Shown here: piece by piece, positions 40,723 to 51,893 of the stretch
How the letters are laid out: the number at the start of each line of letters is the position of its first letter
How positions within the stretch are numbered: position 1 is the stretch's first letter
Source of the DNA: Woeseiaceae bacterium
Lineage (GTDB): Bacteria > Pseudomonadota > Gammaproteobacteria > Steroidobacterales > Woeseiaceae
Assembly (NCBI GenBank): GCA_041555515.1
Contig: JBFFKF010000003.1
Span: forward strand, 1,404-65,403
Length of the DNA: 64,000 nucleotides
Reading direction: 5' to 3'
Position numbers and translations under genes: made by a program
The notes under the pieces: model-generated
What the model was told of the DNA's origin: nothing
What the model saw: the letters and a program-made list of their open reading frames with translations, nothing else
The model's database searches: none

Positions 40723-40758
40723 CGCAAAAAAAGGAAAACCGCGGACAATGCCGCGGTT
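40723..40758 (-). terminator. rho-independent terminator-like hairpin between smg and topA
   Basis: The minus strand reads AACCGCGG-CATTGT-CCGCGGTT followed by TTCCTTTTTTTG. It ends about 26 nt before the topA ATG. Confidence 0.7.
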
Positions 40759-40827
40759 GAATTACATGCTTCGGCGCGATGTGTCAAGGAAAACGCCCTC
40801 ATGGCCGCACACCCTGGCCGAAAATAC

Positions 40828-41304
40828 TTAGTGCACGGCAGTTTCTCCTTCGTCAAATACAAGGTCTTCCATGCGAGCGTAAGCCAGTTCCTGACCCGGC
40901 TGGCTGAACAAAACCATCAAAACGACCCACTTGATCTGCTCTACATCGATATCCGGAGTTTCGAGCGCGAGCAGGCGATCGATGAGAATCTCGCGCTGCG
41001 GCGGAGAAAGTATGCCGATTTGCTCCAGGTAGGTAATAAATCCACGGCATGCGGAATTCAAACGATCGTTTTCGATCTCGTTATAGATGCGCGTACCGTC
41101 AGCCGTTTGCGGATTGTAGTTGCGGCCTTCGTGATTGTCGGCGAGACCGTCGAGCCAATCGAGCGCGCGATCGATTTCACTGTCGCCGAATCCCGCCCGG
41201 GAGAGTTCGTCGCGTAATTCGTTTTGATCTGGTTCCGGCTCTTCTTCGGCGTCGATGTATGTCTCAAACAGGTACATCAATACCTCGAGTACGTTTTCTT
41301 TCAT
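40828..41304 (-). CDS. smg: DUF494 family protein Smg
   Basis: 158 aa with N-terminal MKENVLEVLMYLFE. Sits in the conserved position between dprA and topA. Confidence 0.88.
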   Translation of the reverse strand: MKENVLEVLMYLFETYIDAEEEPEPDQNELRDELSRAGFGDSEIDRALDWLDGLADNHEGRNYNPQTADGTRIYNEIENDRLNSACRGFITYLEQIGILSPPQREILIDRLLALETPDIDVEQIKWVVLMVLFSQPGQELAYARMEDLVFDEGETAVH

Positions 41305-41342
41305 GCCTGGAGCGTCTCCCTGTTGACGTTATTCCAGTTTTA

Positions 41343-42278
41343 TTAAATTTCTGGTGCTTGCGGTCTTGAATATCGGCCGCCAGCCTGCACCTGAACTTTC
41401 CCCTCAAGCTCCAGGATTAGAAGCATGGATGAAACCTGGTCGATCGTCAATCCGCAGTGCTGGGCGAGCTGATCAGCGCTCGCGGGATCATAACTTAATG
41501 TGGCCAGCAGGCTTTCGTAATCGGCATCCCGTTCCACAGTATCGGCAGCGGAGGGTGCCGACATTTCAGCGTTCAGCACCAGATGTTCGACGAGCGGGCT
41601 CAGCTCGCTCACGATGTCGTCGGCCTTCTCGACCAGCTTGGCCCCCTGTTTTATGAGCTGGTGACAACCGCGTGACAGCGGATTATGTATCGAACCGGGT
41701 ATGGCAAATATTTCCCGGCCCTGTTCGGCAGCGTGGCGTGCACTGATCAAAGAGCCGCTGCGCCTTGCGGCCTCGACGACCAGGGTACCGAGAGTCAGGC
41801 CGCTGATCAGGCGGTTTCGTGCCGGAAAGTGATTGCGCCGCGGCGGGCTGCCGAGCGGATATTCCGAACACAAGGCGCCGTCAACCGCAATTCGATGCGC
41901 CAGTTCGCGGTTCTCGGCGGGATATACCCTGTCGATGCCGTGTCCCAGGAAAGCAACGGTCTTGCCGCCGGCATCCAGCGCGCCCCTGTGTGCAGCCGTG
42001 TCGATGCCTTGCGCCAGGCCGCTGGCGATACAAAAACCGGATCGGGCGAGGTGATAAGAGAATTCGTAGGCGTTCTGTATGCCGCCGCGGGTCGGATTGC
42101 GGCTACCGACGATCGCGAGAGCCGGGAGATGCAACGCATCCTTGTTACCGACCACATATAAAAGAGTCGGTGGGCCCGGAATCTGCCGCAACAATTCCGG
42201 CATGTCGGCCGAATCTGCTTCCACGATGTGATGATCGGGCGCGTCAAGCCATTCGGAAGTTTGTGAATCTGCCGTCAT
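41343..42278 (-). CDS. dprA: DNA-processing protein DprA
   Basis: 311 aa with the Rossmann-like core GLAQGIDTAAHRGAL and a C-terminal winged-helix-like region. Conserved synteny next to smg. Confidence 0.85.
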   Translation of the reverse strand: MTADSQTSEWLDAPDHHIVEADSADMPELLRQIPGPPTLLYVVGNKDALHLPALAIVGSRNPTRGGIQNAYEFSYHLARSGFCIASGLAQGIDTAAHRGALDAGGKTVAFLGHGIDRVYPAENRELAHRIAVDGALCSEYPLGSPPRRNHFPARNRLISGLTLGTLVVEAARRSGSLISARHAAEQGREIFAIPGSIHNPLSRGCHQLIKQGAKLVEKADDIVSELSPLVEHLVLNAEMSAPSAADTVERDADYESLLATLSYDPASADQLAQHCGLTIDQVSSMLLILELEGKVQVQAGGRYSRPQAPEI

Positions 42279-42363
42279 TGAGATTAACCGTCACGAGTGC
42301 GACGATATTAATCCCTCTTGTCCGGCCCTGCCCGCCTAAATATGCGCGCAGTCAGCAAGAAAG

Positions 42364-42421
42364 AAAAACAGGCTCGAACCGCAGTTTCAGCTACCTGAAA
42401 CTGCGGTTCGACCCTGTTTTT
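42364..42421 (-). terminator. long symmetric rho-independent terminator downstream of the LysM gene
   Basis: TCGAACCGCAGTTTCAG-CTAC-CTGAAACTGCGGTTCGA forms a 17-bp stem, extended by AAAAACAGG/CCTGTTTTT. T-tracts lie on both strands. Confidence 0.85.
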
Positions 42422-42427
42422 TCTGTG

Positions 42428-43675
42428 TCAGATGGGGTTGCGAACTGCGTCGAGTACGTGAATGTCGCTAGTCGCTTCCATCACCAGGGCGTAACCAATC
42501 CTGTCATAGACTTTGAATATCATGACAGTGCCTGCCGCTTCGTCCGGCAGGGTGACGGTCTCGCCGCCCATGAACCCGCTGGTGCCGAGGAACGAGCCGC
42601 CCGCAAAGCGATCGCGAATCTTTTCACCAGCCTGGAATACGGTCAGTACATCACCGGGCGCAAGGCCGTTGCGCGCACCGCGGTTCAGAACAACGACCTG
42701 GTACTGGCCGATGAGCGAGACGCCGTCAACGACGGAAATGATCCGGCCCTCAACCTGCATGTCCGGCGCTTTCGGGAAGAAATTCAGCGGAATCTCCACC
42801 GTTTCCGGAATCAGGCGATCGCCCGCCAGGGCTTCGCGATTGGTGTCGGTCAATGCGACAGTCGCAGGATCGCCGCCCCGCGACTGCGAGCCTTCGCCGA
42901 CGTAAATACCCTGGTAACCGATGAGGTCATTGTTGTCCGGGTCGCGGAGTTCATCGCCGACGTGCACGACGCTGAATCGCGTTCCGTTTGGCGATGGCTG
43001 ACCACCACGAATGTAAATCTCGTTACCGGCGGAGGCCATCAAGTGATCGCCACGGGTGGTGAGTATGTATGGCAGCTGATCGGCCTGGCCCTTTTCGAGA
43101 ACCAGCCCTTTCGACAGGAATGCGGCGATTTGCTCGTAGGGGATGCTGGTAATGGCCTCGGTCAGCGGCGTTACCCGCGCCGTCGGAGACACCCGGTAGG
43201 TCGAGCCGCGCACGGTCGTGATTCGCGGCTGACCGTCAATCGTAACGAGGGCGAGAACGTCACCCGGGTAGATCAGGTGCGGGTTCTCGACCTGCGGATT
43301 TACATACCAGACCTCCGGCCAGTACCACGGATCCCTGAGGAAGGTGGCGGCAATGTCCCACAGCGTATCGCCTACCTGAACGACGTATTCATCCGGAGCG
43401 CCGGCGGCCAGCGGCACGGGTTCACCGACCAGCACCATGTTTGACTGCTGCTGCGCAGGCTGGGCCGCGGAACCCGAGGCCATCGACGCGGTTTGAGCCG
43501 CCGGCCTTGAGCTACTCGAAACCGGCCTCATTTCGCTTTCATCCGAGCCGAACGGGTTCAGTTTGCTCATGGTTTCGCAGCCCGCCAGCGTGGCGCCGAG
43601 CGCGAGGATGGTTAGTTTGAGACAGGTATTCACGCGGTTCTTGTCAGGAGACATGATAGAGAGGTGCTCCAGCAT
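42428..43675 (-). CDS. LysM peptidoglycan-binding domain lipoprotein (position equivalent to TsaP-like proteins next to dprA)
   Basis: LysM segment [17 protein letters not shown] and lipobox LAGC after LTILALGAT. Start uncertain (43753, 43675 or 43654). Confidence 0.75.
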   Translation of the reverse strand: MLEHLSIMSPDKNRVNTCLKLTILALGATLAGCETMSKLNPFGSDESEMRPVSSSSRPAAQTASMASGSAAQPAQQQSNMVLVGEPVPLAAGAPDEYVVQVGDTLWDIAATFLRDPWYWPEVWYVNPQVENPHLIYPGDVLALVTIDGQPRITTVRGSTYRVSPTARVTPLTEAITSIPYEQIAAFLSKGLVLEKGQADQLPYILTTRGDHLMASAGNEIYIRGGQPSPNGTRFSVVHVGDELRDPDNNDLIGYQGIYVGEGSQSRGGDPATVALTDTNREALAGDRLIPETVEIPLNFFPKAPDMQVEGRIISVVDGVSLIGQYQVVVLNRGARNGLAPGDVLTVFQAGEKIRDRFAGGSFLGTSGFMGGETVTLPDEAAGTVMIFKVYDRIGYALVMEATSDIHVLDAVRNPI

Positions 43676-43876
43676 CGTTGTCCGTGCCTGCCCTGTGGCA
43701 AGCGTTGCTATAATATGTCGTGTCGACGCCGTTCCGGCTGCCAAACGCGTCACAATTCACGCTCCAAACGAGGTTTGGCGGCGCTTGTTCCCGTCGCATT
43801 GTCCGTTATCTTATTCAATAAAGTCAACAATTTACACGTATTTACTGGTAAATTACACGAGTATTGGGCCCAGCAC

Positions 43877-44398
43877 ATGACAAAACTCCGAATTCTTGAA
43901 TTTCCCGATCCCCGGCTGCGGAAAAAGGCCGCCCCGGTGGAGCTCGTTGACGATGAGTTGAGGCAGCTCATCGACGACATGTTCGAGACCATGTACGAAG
44001 CGCCGGGCATCGGCCTGGCCGCTACCCAGGTGGACGTGCACAAGCGCCTGCTGGTGGCCGACGTGTCCCCGGAGAAGAACGAGCCACATGTACTGATCAA
44101 TCCCGAGATTCTGGAGAAGGACGGCACGACGGTCACCGAGGAAGGCTGTCTGTCGGTGCCCGGTTACTATGAGGAAATCGAACGCGCCGAACACATCAAG
44201 GTGCGTTACCTGGATCGTGACGGCAATGAGCAGGAAAGTGAATTCGAGGGACTGCTGGCCGTTTGCGTGCAGCACGAAATGGATCATCTCCTGGGCAGGT
44301 TGTTTGTCGACTACCTGTCGGAAGCGAAGCGCCAGCGCCTTCGCAAGCGCATCCAAAAAGACCGCCGCCAGCAACCGGAGGCGGCGGCGGTTCTCTGA
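43877..44398 (+). CDS. def: peptide deformylase
   Basis: True start [15 protein letters not shown] at 43877. Motifs [13 protein letters not shown] and HEMDH are present. Confidence 0.95.
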   Translation: MTKLRILEFPDPRLRKKAAPVELVDDELRQLIDDMFETMYEAPGIGLAATQVDVHKRLLVADVSPEKNEPHVLINPEILEKDGTTVTEEGCLSVPGYYEEIERAEHIKVRYLDRDGNEQESEFEGLLAVCVQHEMDHLLGRLFVDYLSEAKRQRLRKRIQKDRRQQPEAAAVL

Positions 44399-44423
44399 GC
44401 GGCTGAAAATCTCATAATCGCAA

Positions 44424-45356
44424 ATGGCTGCCGCAAAACTCCTGTTTGCCGGTACACCGGATTTCGCGCTGCAATCGTTGCGGGCGCTCTGCGAATCAGG
44501 CTACGTTCCCGCCGCGGTGCTGACACAGCCGGATCGGCGCGCAGGCCGTGGCCGCAAGATGCGCGAGAGTCCGGTCAAGCAATTCGCGCGTGAGCACGCC
44601 ATTACGGTGTGGCAACCGGAAACGCTCAAGGATCCCGGCATCGTCGCGGACATCGCCGCACTGGAAGCCGACCTCATGATAGTGGCGGCGTACGGATTGT
44701 TGCTGCCGCAGGCAGTGCTCGACCTGCCGAAGCGCGGATGTGTGAATGTCCACGCATCACTCCTGCCGCGCTGGCGCGGGGCAGCGCCGGTGCAGGCTGC
44801 AATACTCGAAGGCGACCCGGTTACCGGGATAAGCCTGATGCAAATGGAAGCCGGTCTTGATACCGGCCCGGTCCTGGCGCACGCTTCCGTCGAAATTGGC
44901 GCCGACGAGACCGCCGGAGAATTGCAGGATCGCCTCGCGGCACTCGGCGGCGAACTGCTGGTGCAGAAACTGCCGGAGATCCTCGAAGGCAAACTGGAGC
45001 CGCTTGCCCAGGATGATGAACTCGCGACGTATGCGGGAAAGATACGCAAGCAGAACGCGGCGATCGACTGGGGGCAGACTGCAGAGCAGATCTCGAGGAT
45101 GATCAGGGCCTATAACCCGGCACCTGGCGCCAGTTTTGAGCTCGATGGCGAAATCGTGAAGTGCTGGCAGGCCGAGCCGATAGAGGAAGTCGAGGGACCG
45201 CCCGGCGCGATCGTGGCGGCAGGCAAGGAAGGCGTAATTGTTACCTGTGGGGAAGGGGCATTGCGGCTCACCGAAATGCAGCGGCCCGGCAAGCGGCGCA
45301 TCACGGCGGCGGAACTCGCCGGGCAAAAGAACCTGAGTGGCAAACGCCTGGATTGA
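44424..45356 (+). CDS. fmt: methionyl-tRNA formyltransferase
   Basis: 310 aa with the HASLLPRWRGAAP motif. Follows def. Confidence 0.95.
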   Translation: MAAAKLLFAGTPDFALQSLRALCESGYVPAAVLTQPDRRAGRGRKMRESPVKQFAREHAITVWQPETLKDPGIVADIAALEADLMIVAAYGLLLPQAVLDLPKRGCVNVHASLLPRWRGAAPVQAAILEGDPVTGISLMQMEAGLDTGPVLAHASVEIGADETAGELQDRLAALGGELLVQKLPEILEGKLEPLAQDDELATYAGKIRKQNAAIDWGQTAEQISRMIRAYNPAPGASFELDGEIVKCWQAEPIEEVEGPPGAIVAAGKEGVIVTCGEGALRLTEMQRPGKRRITAAELAGQKNLSGKRLD

Positions 45357-45362
45357 GAGTCT

Positions 45363-46694
45363 ATGTTGAAGCCCAGGTCAGCCGCACGCCTGCGCGCGGC
45401 AGCAGCAAAGGTCGTGGACGCCGTTGCCGTGCACGGCCGTTCACTCGATAGCGCCCTCGAAGAGCAGGAAAGCGAAGTAGATCCTGCTGACCAACCGATG
45501 CTGCGGATGCTGTGTTACGGGACTTTGCGCAACCACTTTCGGCTACGCGCCGATGTCACAAAACTGCTGGATCGGCCGCTGAAAGCGCGTGACAGCGTCA
45601 TCGAGTCCCTGCTGGCCGTCGGCCTGTTTCAACTAAGAGATACACGCGTGCCGGATCATGCGGCGGTGTCGATAACCGTCGACGCGGCGAGAATGCTGCG
45701 CCGCCCAAAATACTCGGGGCTGATCAACGCGGTGTTGCGTAATTACCTGCGGCAGGACCTCGCAAATGCCGAACCCGAGGACGACGAGTCGCGCTTCAAC
45801 CATCCGGCATGGTTCATCGATGCCCTGCGCGAGGACTGGCCCGAGGACTGGCAGCGAATCCTCGAAGCAAACAACGAGAAAGCACCGATGTGGTTGCGGG
45901 TCAATCGCAAGCGCCTGACCGCCACCGACTACCTGAAGCGCTACGCCGAAGCCGAAGATGGTCACGCGCTGGTGTCCGGGTTCGTGCACGCGGTGCGGCT
46001 GGCCTCGCCCTTACCCGTCGCCAGGCTGCCGGGCTTCGCCGACGGCGACGTCTCGGTGCAGGACGCAGCCGCGCAGATCGCGGCGCCCTGGTTGCTGATG
46101 CACGGCGGCATGCGAATTCTCGATGCCTGCGCCGCGCCGGGCGGCAAGACGGGCCATTTGCTGGAACTGGCGAGCCCGGACAGCACGCTGACTGCCATAG
46201 ACGTGGACGAGGAACGGCTCGAGGGCGTCCGCGAGAACCTCGAGCGGCTGGGCCTGAAGGCGAAATTAATAGCGGGTGATGCCAGCAAGCCGCGGGAGTG
46301 GTGGGACCGGCAGCGTTTCGACCGCATCCTTCTCGATGCGCCCTGCTCCGGAACCGGGGTCATCCGGCGGCACCCGGACATCAAGTTGCTGCGCAGAGCA
46401 TCCGACGTCGACGCCCTGGCCGGCCGTCAGGCTGCATTGCTCGAGGCGCTGTGGCCGCTCCTCGAGCCCTCAGGAAGGCTGCTTTACGTGACCTGTTCCG
46501 TACTGGCGGCCGAGAATGAGGCCGTAATTGGCGATTTTCTGGCGCGCCACGGCAACGCCAGCGAAGACCGAGTGTTGCCAAATTACAACATCCGCGATTT
46601 AATGGTCGAGAAGACATGCGGGTTCCAGGTTTTACCCGGCAGCCAGGCGCTTGACGGCTTCTATTACGCGTGTCTGGTGAAAACGTCCAAATAA
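45363..46694 (+). CDS. rsmB: 16S rRNA (cytosine967-C5)-methyltransferase
   Basis: 443 aa with SAM motif DACAAPGGKT and catalytic LDAPCSGTGVIRRHPD. Confidence 0.93.
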   Translation: MLKPRSAARLRAAAAKVVDAVAVHGRSLDSALEEQESEVDPADQPMLRMLCYGTLRNHFRLRADVTKLLDRPLKARDSVIESLLAVGLFQLRDTRVPDHAAVSITVDAARMLRRPKYSGLINAVLRNYLRQDLANAEPEDDESRFNHPAWFIDALREDWPEDWQRILEANNEKAPMWLRVNRKRLTATDYLKRYAEAEDGHALVSGFVHAVRLASPLPVARLPGFADGDVSVQDAAAQIAAPWLLMHGGMRILDACAAPGGKTGHLLELASPDSTLTAIDVDEERLEGVRENLERLGLKAKLIAGDASKPREWWDRQRFDRILLDAPCSGTGVIRRHPDIKLLRRASDVDALAGRQAALLEALWPLLEPSGRLLYVTCSVLAAENEAVIGDFLARHGNASEDRVLPNYNIRDLMVEKTCGFQVLPGSQALDGFYYACLVKTSK

Positions 46695-46717
46695 CAGAAA
46701 AAGATACAGATTAAGCC

Positions 46718-47308
46718 GTGCGGCAAAGACCGACATTGTTGTTGCTCCCACTGCTGGCGTTGCTGTCGTCAGCAATGCTGCTGTCGACTGCGCGCGCGCA
46801 GCTAGAACCGCCGCATGAAGGGTTCTTCGACGTGCGATCGGCGAGCACGACCATGGTCGCGGGCGTGCACGAGCTCGAAGCCCGGCTGCAACTCATCTTG
46901 AGCGCTGAGGCGCTGGATGCGCTGGGCAGCGGCGTCCCCCTGACGATAGAACTGAATATCGAGGTGATACGGGTGCGCCGCTTCATGCCGGACGATCTCG
47001 AGGCAGAACTCACGGTTACTTACGAGCTCGAATACCGGCCGTTGAGCCAGCGTTACATCGTCCGCAATCTCAACAGTGGCGATCAGGATTCATTCGCGAC
47101 CCTGTATTCCGCGCTAAACAACCTCGGGCGCATTCAGAACCTGCCGGTCATCGATGACGCGCTGCTCGAGCCCGGCAGCGACTATCGCATGCGGCTGCGC
47201 GCACTGTTGAGCACGCGCCAGTATCCGGCGCCGCTCAGGATCCTGTTTTTCTGGCGCAGCGAATGGCAATTGCAGAGCGACTGGTACCAGTGGAATCTAA
47301 AACGATAA
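46718..47308 (+). CDS. DUF4390 domain-containing protein
   Basis: 196 aa with a GTG start and a signal peptide. Occupies the typical position between rsmB and an NtrY-like kinase. Confidence 0.7.
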   Translation: MRQRPTLLLLPLLALLSSAMLLSTARAQLEPPHEGFFDVRSASTTMVAGVHELEARLQLILSAEALDALGSGVPLTIELNIEVIRVRRFMPDDLEAELTVTYELEYRPLSQRYIVRNLNSGDQDSFATLYSALNNLGRIQNLPVIDDALLEPGSDYRMRLRALLSTRQYPAPLRILFFWRSEWQLQSDWYQWNLKR

Positions 47309-49521
47309 AAAGAGCTGCAATTGGCGTAGTCGGCGCGATCGGCGTCGGGCTGGCACTCGTTGCGCTGTTTATGCTCGGTCAAACTGCAGAGAACTCCGCC
47401 GAGTTCGACCGCCAGCATATCGTCATCCTGCTGATAAACGTCGCCGGTGTCGTGGTGTTGTTCGCCTTGATGGTCGGCAATCTCGCGCGGCTGTTACGCG
47501 ATTACCGTCAAAACGTCCCCGGCTCGAAACTGAAAGCGCGCATGGTCGGAATGTTCGTCGGGCTTGCCGTGCTGCCATTGCTGATCGTGTTTTATTTCTC
47601 GATGCAGTTCATCAACCGTGGCATCGACACCTGGTTCAATGTCGAGGTTGAGGCGGGACTTGATGACGCACTCGAACTCAGTCGCGCTGCCCTGGAAATG
47701 CAAAAACGCGAGCGCCTCGAAACAACGCTGCAAATTGCGAGTCAACTGCAGAAAGTCAGCTCGCGGCAACTGATTTTCGAACTGAGCCTGTTGCGCAGGG
47801 AAGCCGGTGCCGGCGAGGTTTCGCTTTATGGTCGTAACAACCGCATCATCGCGACGAGTTCCGATCAATCTGCCGGCAGCCTGCCGAGACCGCTGTCCGA
47901 CGACGTGTTAATGCAGATTCGGCAGAACCGTCCATACGTGAGCCTCGATCCGACGCTCAGGGGCGGCTACGAAATTCGTGCCGCAGTGCCCTTCGGTAAT
48001 GTCAACCGGCCGGACCTTCTTGGCGTAATACTGGCGCACTACCCGGTGCCGGAACGCCTCGGGGCCATGGCGAACAATGTCGACTCGTCATACAGCGACT
48101 ACAAACGGATGGTTTATCTCCGTGAACCGCTGAAACGCGCGTTTTCTCTCACGCTCACTGTCGTGCTCATGCTCTCATTGCTCGCAAGTATCTATGGCGC
48201 CTTCGTGCTGTCGCGGCGGCTTGTCGCCCCGATCCAGGACCTGGTTGCCGGGACGCGCGCGGTCGCCAAAGGCGATTTCGATACGCGCTTGCCTGCGCCA
48301 TCGCGCGACGAGATCGGCTTTCTGATCAATTCCTTCAATGACATGACGCAGCGACTTTCATCGGCACGGCGCGAGGCCAGCTTGAGCCAGGCCTTGGTCG
48401 AAGCGGAACGCGCCAACCTCGAGGTCATTCTCGCGAGGTTGTCAACCGGTGTCGTCGCGCTCGAATCCGACCTGCGTATCCGTACCGCGAACCAGGCATC
48501 GGGTGCGATTCTTAACGTCGACCTGGAAAACCGGGTAGGCGAGTACCTGCCCGACGTCGCCAAAGGACAACCGCTCCTGGAACAGTTCGTCGATGTCGCA
48601 CAAGTGCACCTGAAAGCCAATGAAACCGAATGGCGGGAACAGATCGTCCTGCGTGGCGAAGTCGGGCGGCGTGTCCTGACCTGTGCATGCACGACATTGC
48701 CTGGCGATGATGATCAAGCCGCGGGATTCGTCGTGGTATTCGACGACATAACCGCACTGTTGCAGGCACAGCGCGACGCGGCCTGGGGTGAAGTCGCACG
48801 GCGCCTCGCGCACGAAATCAAGAACCCGTTAACGCCGATTCAGCTTTCCGCGGAGAGAATGCGCCGCAAATACCTGAATACGCTCGGCGACGAAGACGCG
48901 CAGGTGCTCGATCGTGCAACGCATACGATCGTGCAGCAGGTCGAGGCCATGAAGGAAATGGTGAACGCGTTCAGTGATTATGCACGTGCGCCGGATATCG
49001 ATATCAACCTGTTTAGTATGGAAAAGCTCGCGCATGAAGTCGTCGACCTTTACCGCGCCCAGGAAAGCGATATCGAGATTGCTCTCAAAACGAGTTCCGA
49101 CCTGCCCGATGTCGAAGCCGACGTCGGTCGCATCAGACAGATTCTGCACAACCTGATCCGCAACGCGATCGAAGCGCTCGAAAACACGACCGACGGGCGC
49201 ATCGAGGTTTCGGTAAGCGCGGGCGAAGTGCACGATGTCGACGTCGTGGAGATCGTCGTAGCGGACAACGGTCCGGGTTTCCACACCGGGCAAATCAGCC
49301 AGGTGTTCGACCCATACGTGACGACAAAGCCGAAAGGCACGGGGCTCGGACTGGCGATCGTCAAGAAGCTCGTGGAGGAACATGCAGGAACGATACGGGC
49401 GGAAAACCGCGAACAAGGCGGAGCGGAGATCCGAATTGAATTGCCGGTCGACGAGGCGGCTAGAGAAAAGATGATGACGAAGCTGCCTGGTCGCGCCGAA
49501 ATACGGAGGGAAAGAGCATGA
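47263..49521 (+). CDS. ntrY: NtrY-like sensor histidine kinase (TM-HAMP-PAS-HisKA-HATPase)
   Basis: 752 aa with H-box [22 protein letters not shown] and G-boxes DNGPGF and GTGLGLAIV. The start is uncertain: ATG at 47263 overlaps DUF4390 by 46 nt, and GTG at 47290 is possible. Confidence 0.85.
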   Translation: MAIAERLVPVESKTIKRAAIGVVGAIGVGLALVALFMLGQTAENSAEFDRQHIVILLINVAGVVVLFALMVGNLARLLRDYRQNVPGSKLKARMVGMFVGLAVLPLLIVFYFSMQFINRGIDTWFNVEVEAGLDDALELSRAALEMQKRERLETTLQIASQLQKVSSRQLIFELSLLRREAGAGEVSLYGRNNRIIATSSDQSAGSLPRPLSDDVLMQIRQNRPYVSLDPTLRGGYEIRAAVPFGNVNRPDLLGVILAHYPVPERLGAMANNVDSSYSDYKRMVYLREPLKRAFSLTLTVVLMLSLLASIYGAFVLSRRLVAPIQDLVAGTRAVAKGDFDTRLPAPSRDEIGFLINSFNDMTQRLSSARREASLSQALVEAERANLEVILARLSTGVVALESDLRIRTANQASGAILNVDLENRVGEYLPDVAKGQPLLEQFVDVAQVHLKANETEWREQIVLRGEVGRRVLTCACTTLPGDDDQAAGFVVVFDDITALLQAQRDAAWGEVARRLAHEIKNPLTPIQLSAERMRRKYLNTLGDEDAQVLDRATHTIVQQVEAMKEMVNAFSDYARAPDIDINLFSMEKLAHEVVDLYRAQESDIEIALKTSSDLPDVEADVGRIRQILHNLIRNAIEALENTTDGRIEVSVSAGEVHDVDVVEIVVADNGPGFHTGQISQVFDPYVTTKPKGTGLGLAIVKKLVEEHAGTIRAENREQGGAEIRIELPVDEAAREKMMTKLPGRAEIRRERA

Positions 49522-50888
49522 GCACATCACATGTGCTGGTCGTCGATGACGAAGGCGATATTCGCGCGCTAATCGACGAGATCCTGTCAGAAGAAGGGTA
49601 CGAGGTGACGGTCGCGGCGGATGCTGCGGAGGCGCGCAGTGCCCGCGACAAGGAGAAGTTCGATCTTGTGCTGCTCGACATCTGGATGCCGGATACCGAC
49701 GGCATCAGCCTGCTTCGCGAATGGTCGGAGCCGGGGGACCTCGATTGTCCCGTCGTGATCATGTCCGGTCATGGCACCGTCGACACGGCCGTCGAGGCGA
49801 CGCGCCTAGGCGCATTCGACTACGTCGAAAAGCCGCTGTCGCTGGCGAAACTCCTGCGCACGGTGGAACGAGCACTCGACGAATCCCGCAAGCAGAGCGT
49901 GCCCGCGCGCAGCCTGTTTCCCTCGTTGTTGACGCCGGTCGGCCGCAGCCCGCTCATCAAGAACCTGCGCGAAAAAATTCAGCAAATCGCGAAGCACGAT
50001 GCGCCGGTGCTGCTGATCGGCGAACCGGGAACAGGCCGCGGGGCCTTTGCGCGGTATATCCATGCCATGAGTAATCGCTCGGAGGCGCCGCTCGTCAGCC
50101 TGCTTGCCGCGTCACTGACTGACAGTAACGCCGAGGAGCAGTTACTGGGCCGTGAGAACGGTGACGACGTGCAGAGCGGATATTTCGAGCGCGCCAGGAA
50201 CGGCACGCTGGTCATCGACGACCTGTCGGAACTCTGCGACCTGGCACAGAAACTCGTGTTGAGCGTTCTGGAGCAGGGAGAATTCCTGAGGTCGGGCGGC
50301 CATGAGCCGGTCAAGTATCAGGCGAGGGTCTTGGCAACCATTAAAGCCGATTATGAAAACGCGATTAACAGCGGCACGCTGCGCCGCGAACTCGTCTCCA
50401 GCCTGAATACATTGACGCTGCAGGTACCGCCGCTCAGGGATTACGCGGAAGACGTACCGGAGCTTCTCAGTTATTACGTCGACAGGCTGATCGACAGCGA
50501 AGATGTGGCCTTCCGGCGTTTCAGCGTGGCGGCGCAGAACCGACTGCGCAACTACCCCTGGCCGGACAACGTCAGGGAACTGAAGAATCTCGTGCGGCGC
50601 CTGTTGCTGACGGGCTCTGGCGAAGAAATCTCGCTCGACGAGGTCGAGAAGGAACTGAGCGGCGCCGCGGAAACCGGCGAGCCGCTCGTCAAACAGGACC
50701 TGTTGTCACTGCCGTTACGCGAGGCGCGCGAACAATTCGAGCGCGCCTATCTGCAACAACAGCTGCAGCTCTGCGACGGCAAGGTCGGCAAGCTGGCGCA
50801 GCGTGTCGGCATGGAGCGCACACACCTGTATCGCAAGCTGCGGTCACTCGGCGTGGATTTTCGCTCGGTCTCCGGAGGCGAAGAATAA
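49518..50888 (+). CDS. ntrX: NtrX-like response regulator (REC, degenerate AAA+, HTH)
   Basis: 456 aa with receiver segment [13 protein letters not shown]. The AAA+ region has GEPGTGRG in place of GxxGxGK and no GAFTGA. C-terminal Fis-type HTH. ATGA overlap with ntrY. Confidence 0.8.
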   Translation: MSTSHVLVVDDEGDIRALIDEILSEEGYEVTVAADAAEARSARDKEKFDLVLLDIWMPDTDGISLLREWSEPGDLDCPVVIMSGHGTVDTAVEATRLGAFDYVEKPLSLAKLLRTVERALDESRKQSVPARSLFPSLLTPVGRSPLIKNLREKIQQIAKHDAPVLLIGEPGTGRGAFARYIHAMSNRSEAPLVSLLAASLTDSNAEEQLLGRENGDDVQSGYFERARNGTLVIDDLSELCDLAQKLVLSVLEQGEFLRSGGHEPVKYQARVLATIKADYENAINSGTLRRELVSSLNTLTLQVPPLRDYAEDVPELLSYYVDRLIDSEDVAFRRFSVAAQNRLRNYPWPDNVRELKNLVRRLLLTGSGEEISLDEVEKELSGAAETGEPLVKQDLLSLPLREAREQFERAYLQQQLQLCDGKVGKLAQRVGMERTHLYRKLRSLGVDFRSVSGGEE

Positions 50889-50904
50889 GGTCGACTCCTG
50901 GCTG

Positions 50905-51867
50905 TCAAAAATCGGAAGCGGCTAATGCCTCGTCGAGCATAGCGATCAAGGTCTCGCGATCGTAGCTGTATTCGTGACCTTCATTTAACTGCACGAGTTC
51001 CTCGATCGCCTTTTTGATCGTCCTCTCGGCTTCACCCTCGTTCGGTACCACCATGTACCGACGTTTCGGGGTGTCGGCCGAAAAGAAATGCATGGCTGCC
51101 GCCGACACCTCGTCCGGTTCCTTGAATTGCGAACGGTCGCCCGTGCCGTCCAGGATGCCGCGCCATTCCTCCGCGAACAACGATCCTTCGGCGGTGTAAT
51201 CGCGCTGTTGCAACCAACGTAGCAACGAAGTACCGATCGCTGAATTGTAATTGCCCGGTTCGATTACGCTCACGCGGACCCCGAACTTCTCCATCTCGGT
51301 AGCGAGTGCATCTGTATACGCTTCGACGGCGTGTTTGCTCATGCTGTAAGAGCCCAAAAATCCGGACGACAGGATTCCGGAGATAGAACCGGTCGTCGTG
51401 ATGCGCCCCCGGCTTTCGATGATCAGCGGCGCAAATGCTTTGGTCACCCGGTACGGGCCGAACAGGTTGACGTCCATCTGGAACTGCATGTCCCCCTCGT
51501 CGACTTCGATCATCGGCCCGACTATAGCGACACCGGCGTTGTTGACCAGGCCGTACAGGCCCCTGCCGGCGTCGCGAACGGTCTCGACAGCGGCATCGAT
51601 ATCTGCCTGGACGGTCACGTCCAGGCGGATACCCTGGACGTTGTCCATGGCACTCAGTGCTTGCAAGTCAGCCGGTTTGCGGGCGCCGGCGTAGACGAAG
51701 TAGCCGTTCGCCGCCAGCATCTCGGCCATATTGCGGCCAATGCCCGTGCTGGCACCGGTCACCAATATCGCTTTTTGTTCGGCCGCCTCAGCCGCGAACG
51801 CCGCGTATTGCGGCAGCCACGGGAAGACACACAGAAATATTGCGCACAGGTATCGACGCATGATCAT
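50905..51867 (-). CDS. SDR family oxidoreductase, exported
   Basis: TGASTGIGR and YSMSKHAVE (YxxxK) motifs. Start moved to MIMRRYLCAIFLCVFPWL..., which removes the overlap with the symporter gene. Confidence 0.8.
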   Translation of the reverse strand: MIMRRYLCAIFLCVFPWLPQYAAFAAEAAEQKAILVTGASTGIGRNMAEMLAANGYFVYAGARKPADLQALSAMDNVQGIRLDVTVQADIDAAVETVRDAGRGLYGLVNNAGVAIVGPMIEVDEGDMQFQMDVNLFGPYRVTKAFAPLIIESRGRITTTGSISGILSSGFLGSYSMSKHAVEAYTDALATEMEKFGVRVSVIEPGNYNSAIGTSLLRWLQQRDYTAEGSLFAEEWRGILDGTGDRSQFKEPDEVSAAAMHFFSADTPKRRYMVVPNEGEAERTIKKAIEELVQLNEGHEYSYDRETLIAMLDEALAASDF

Positions 51868-51893
51868 TCCCCCTTGCGTATTAATAAGAGTTT

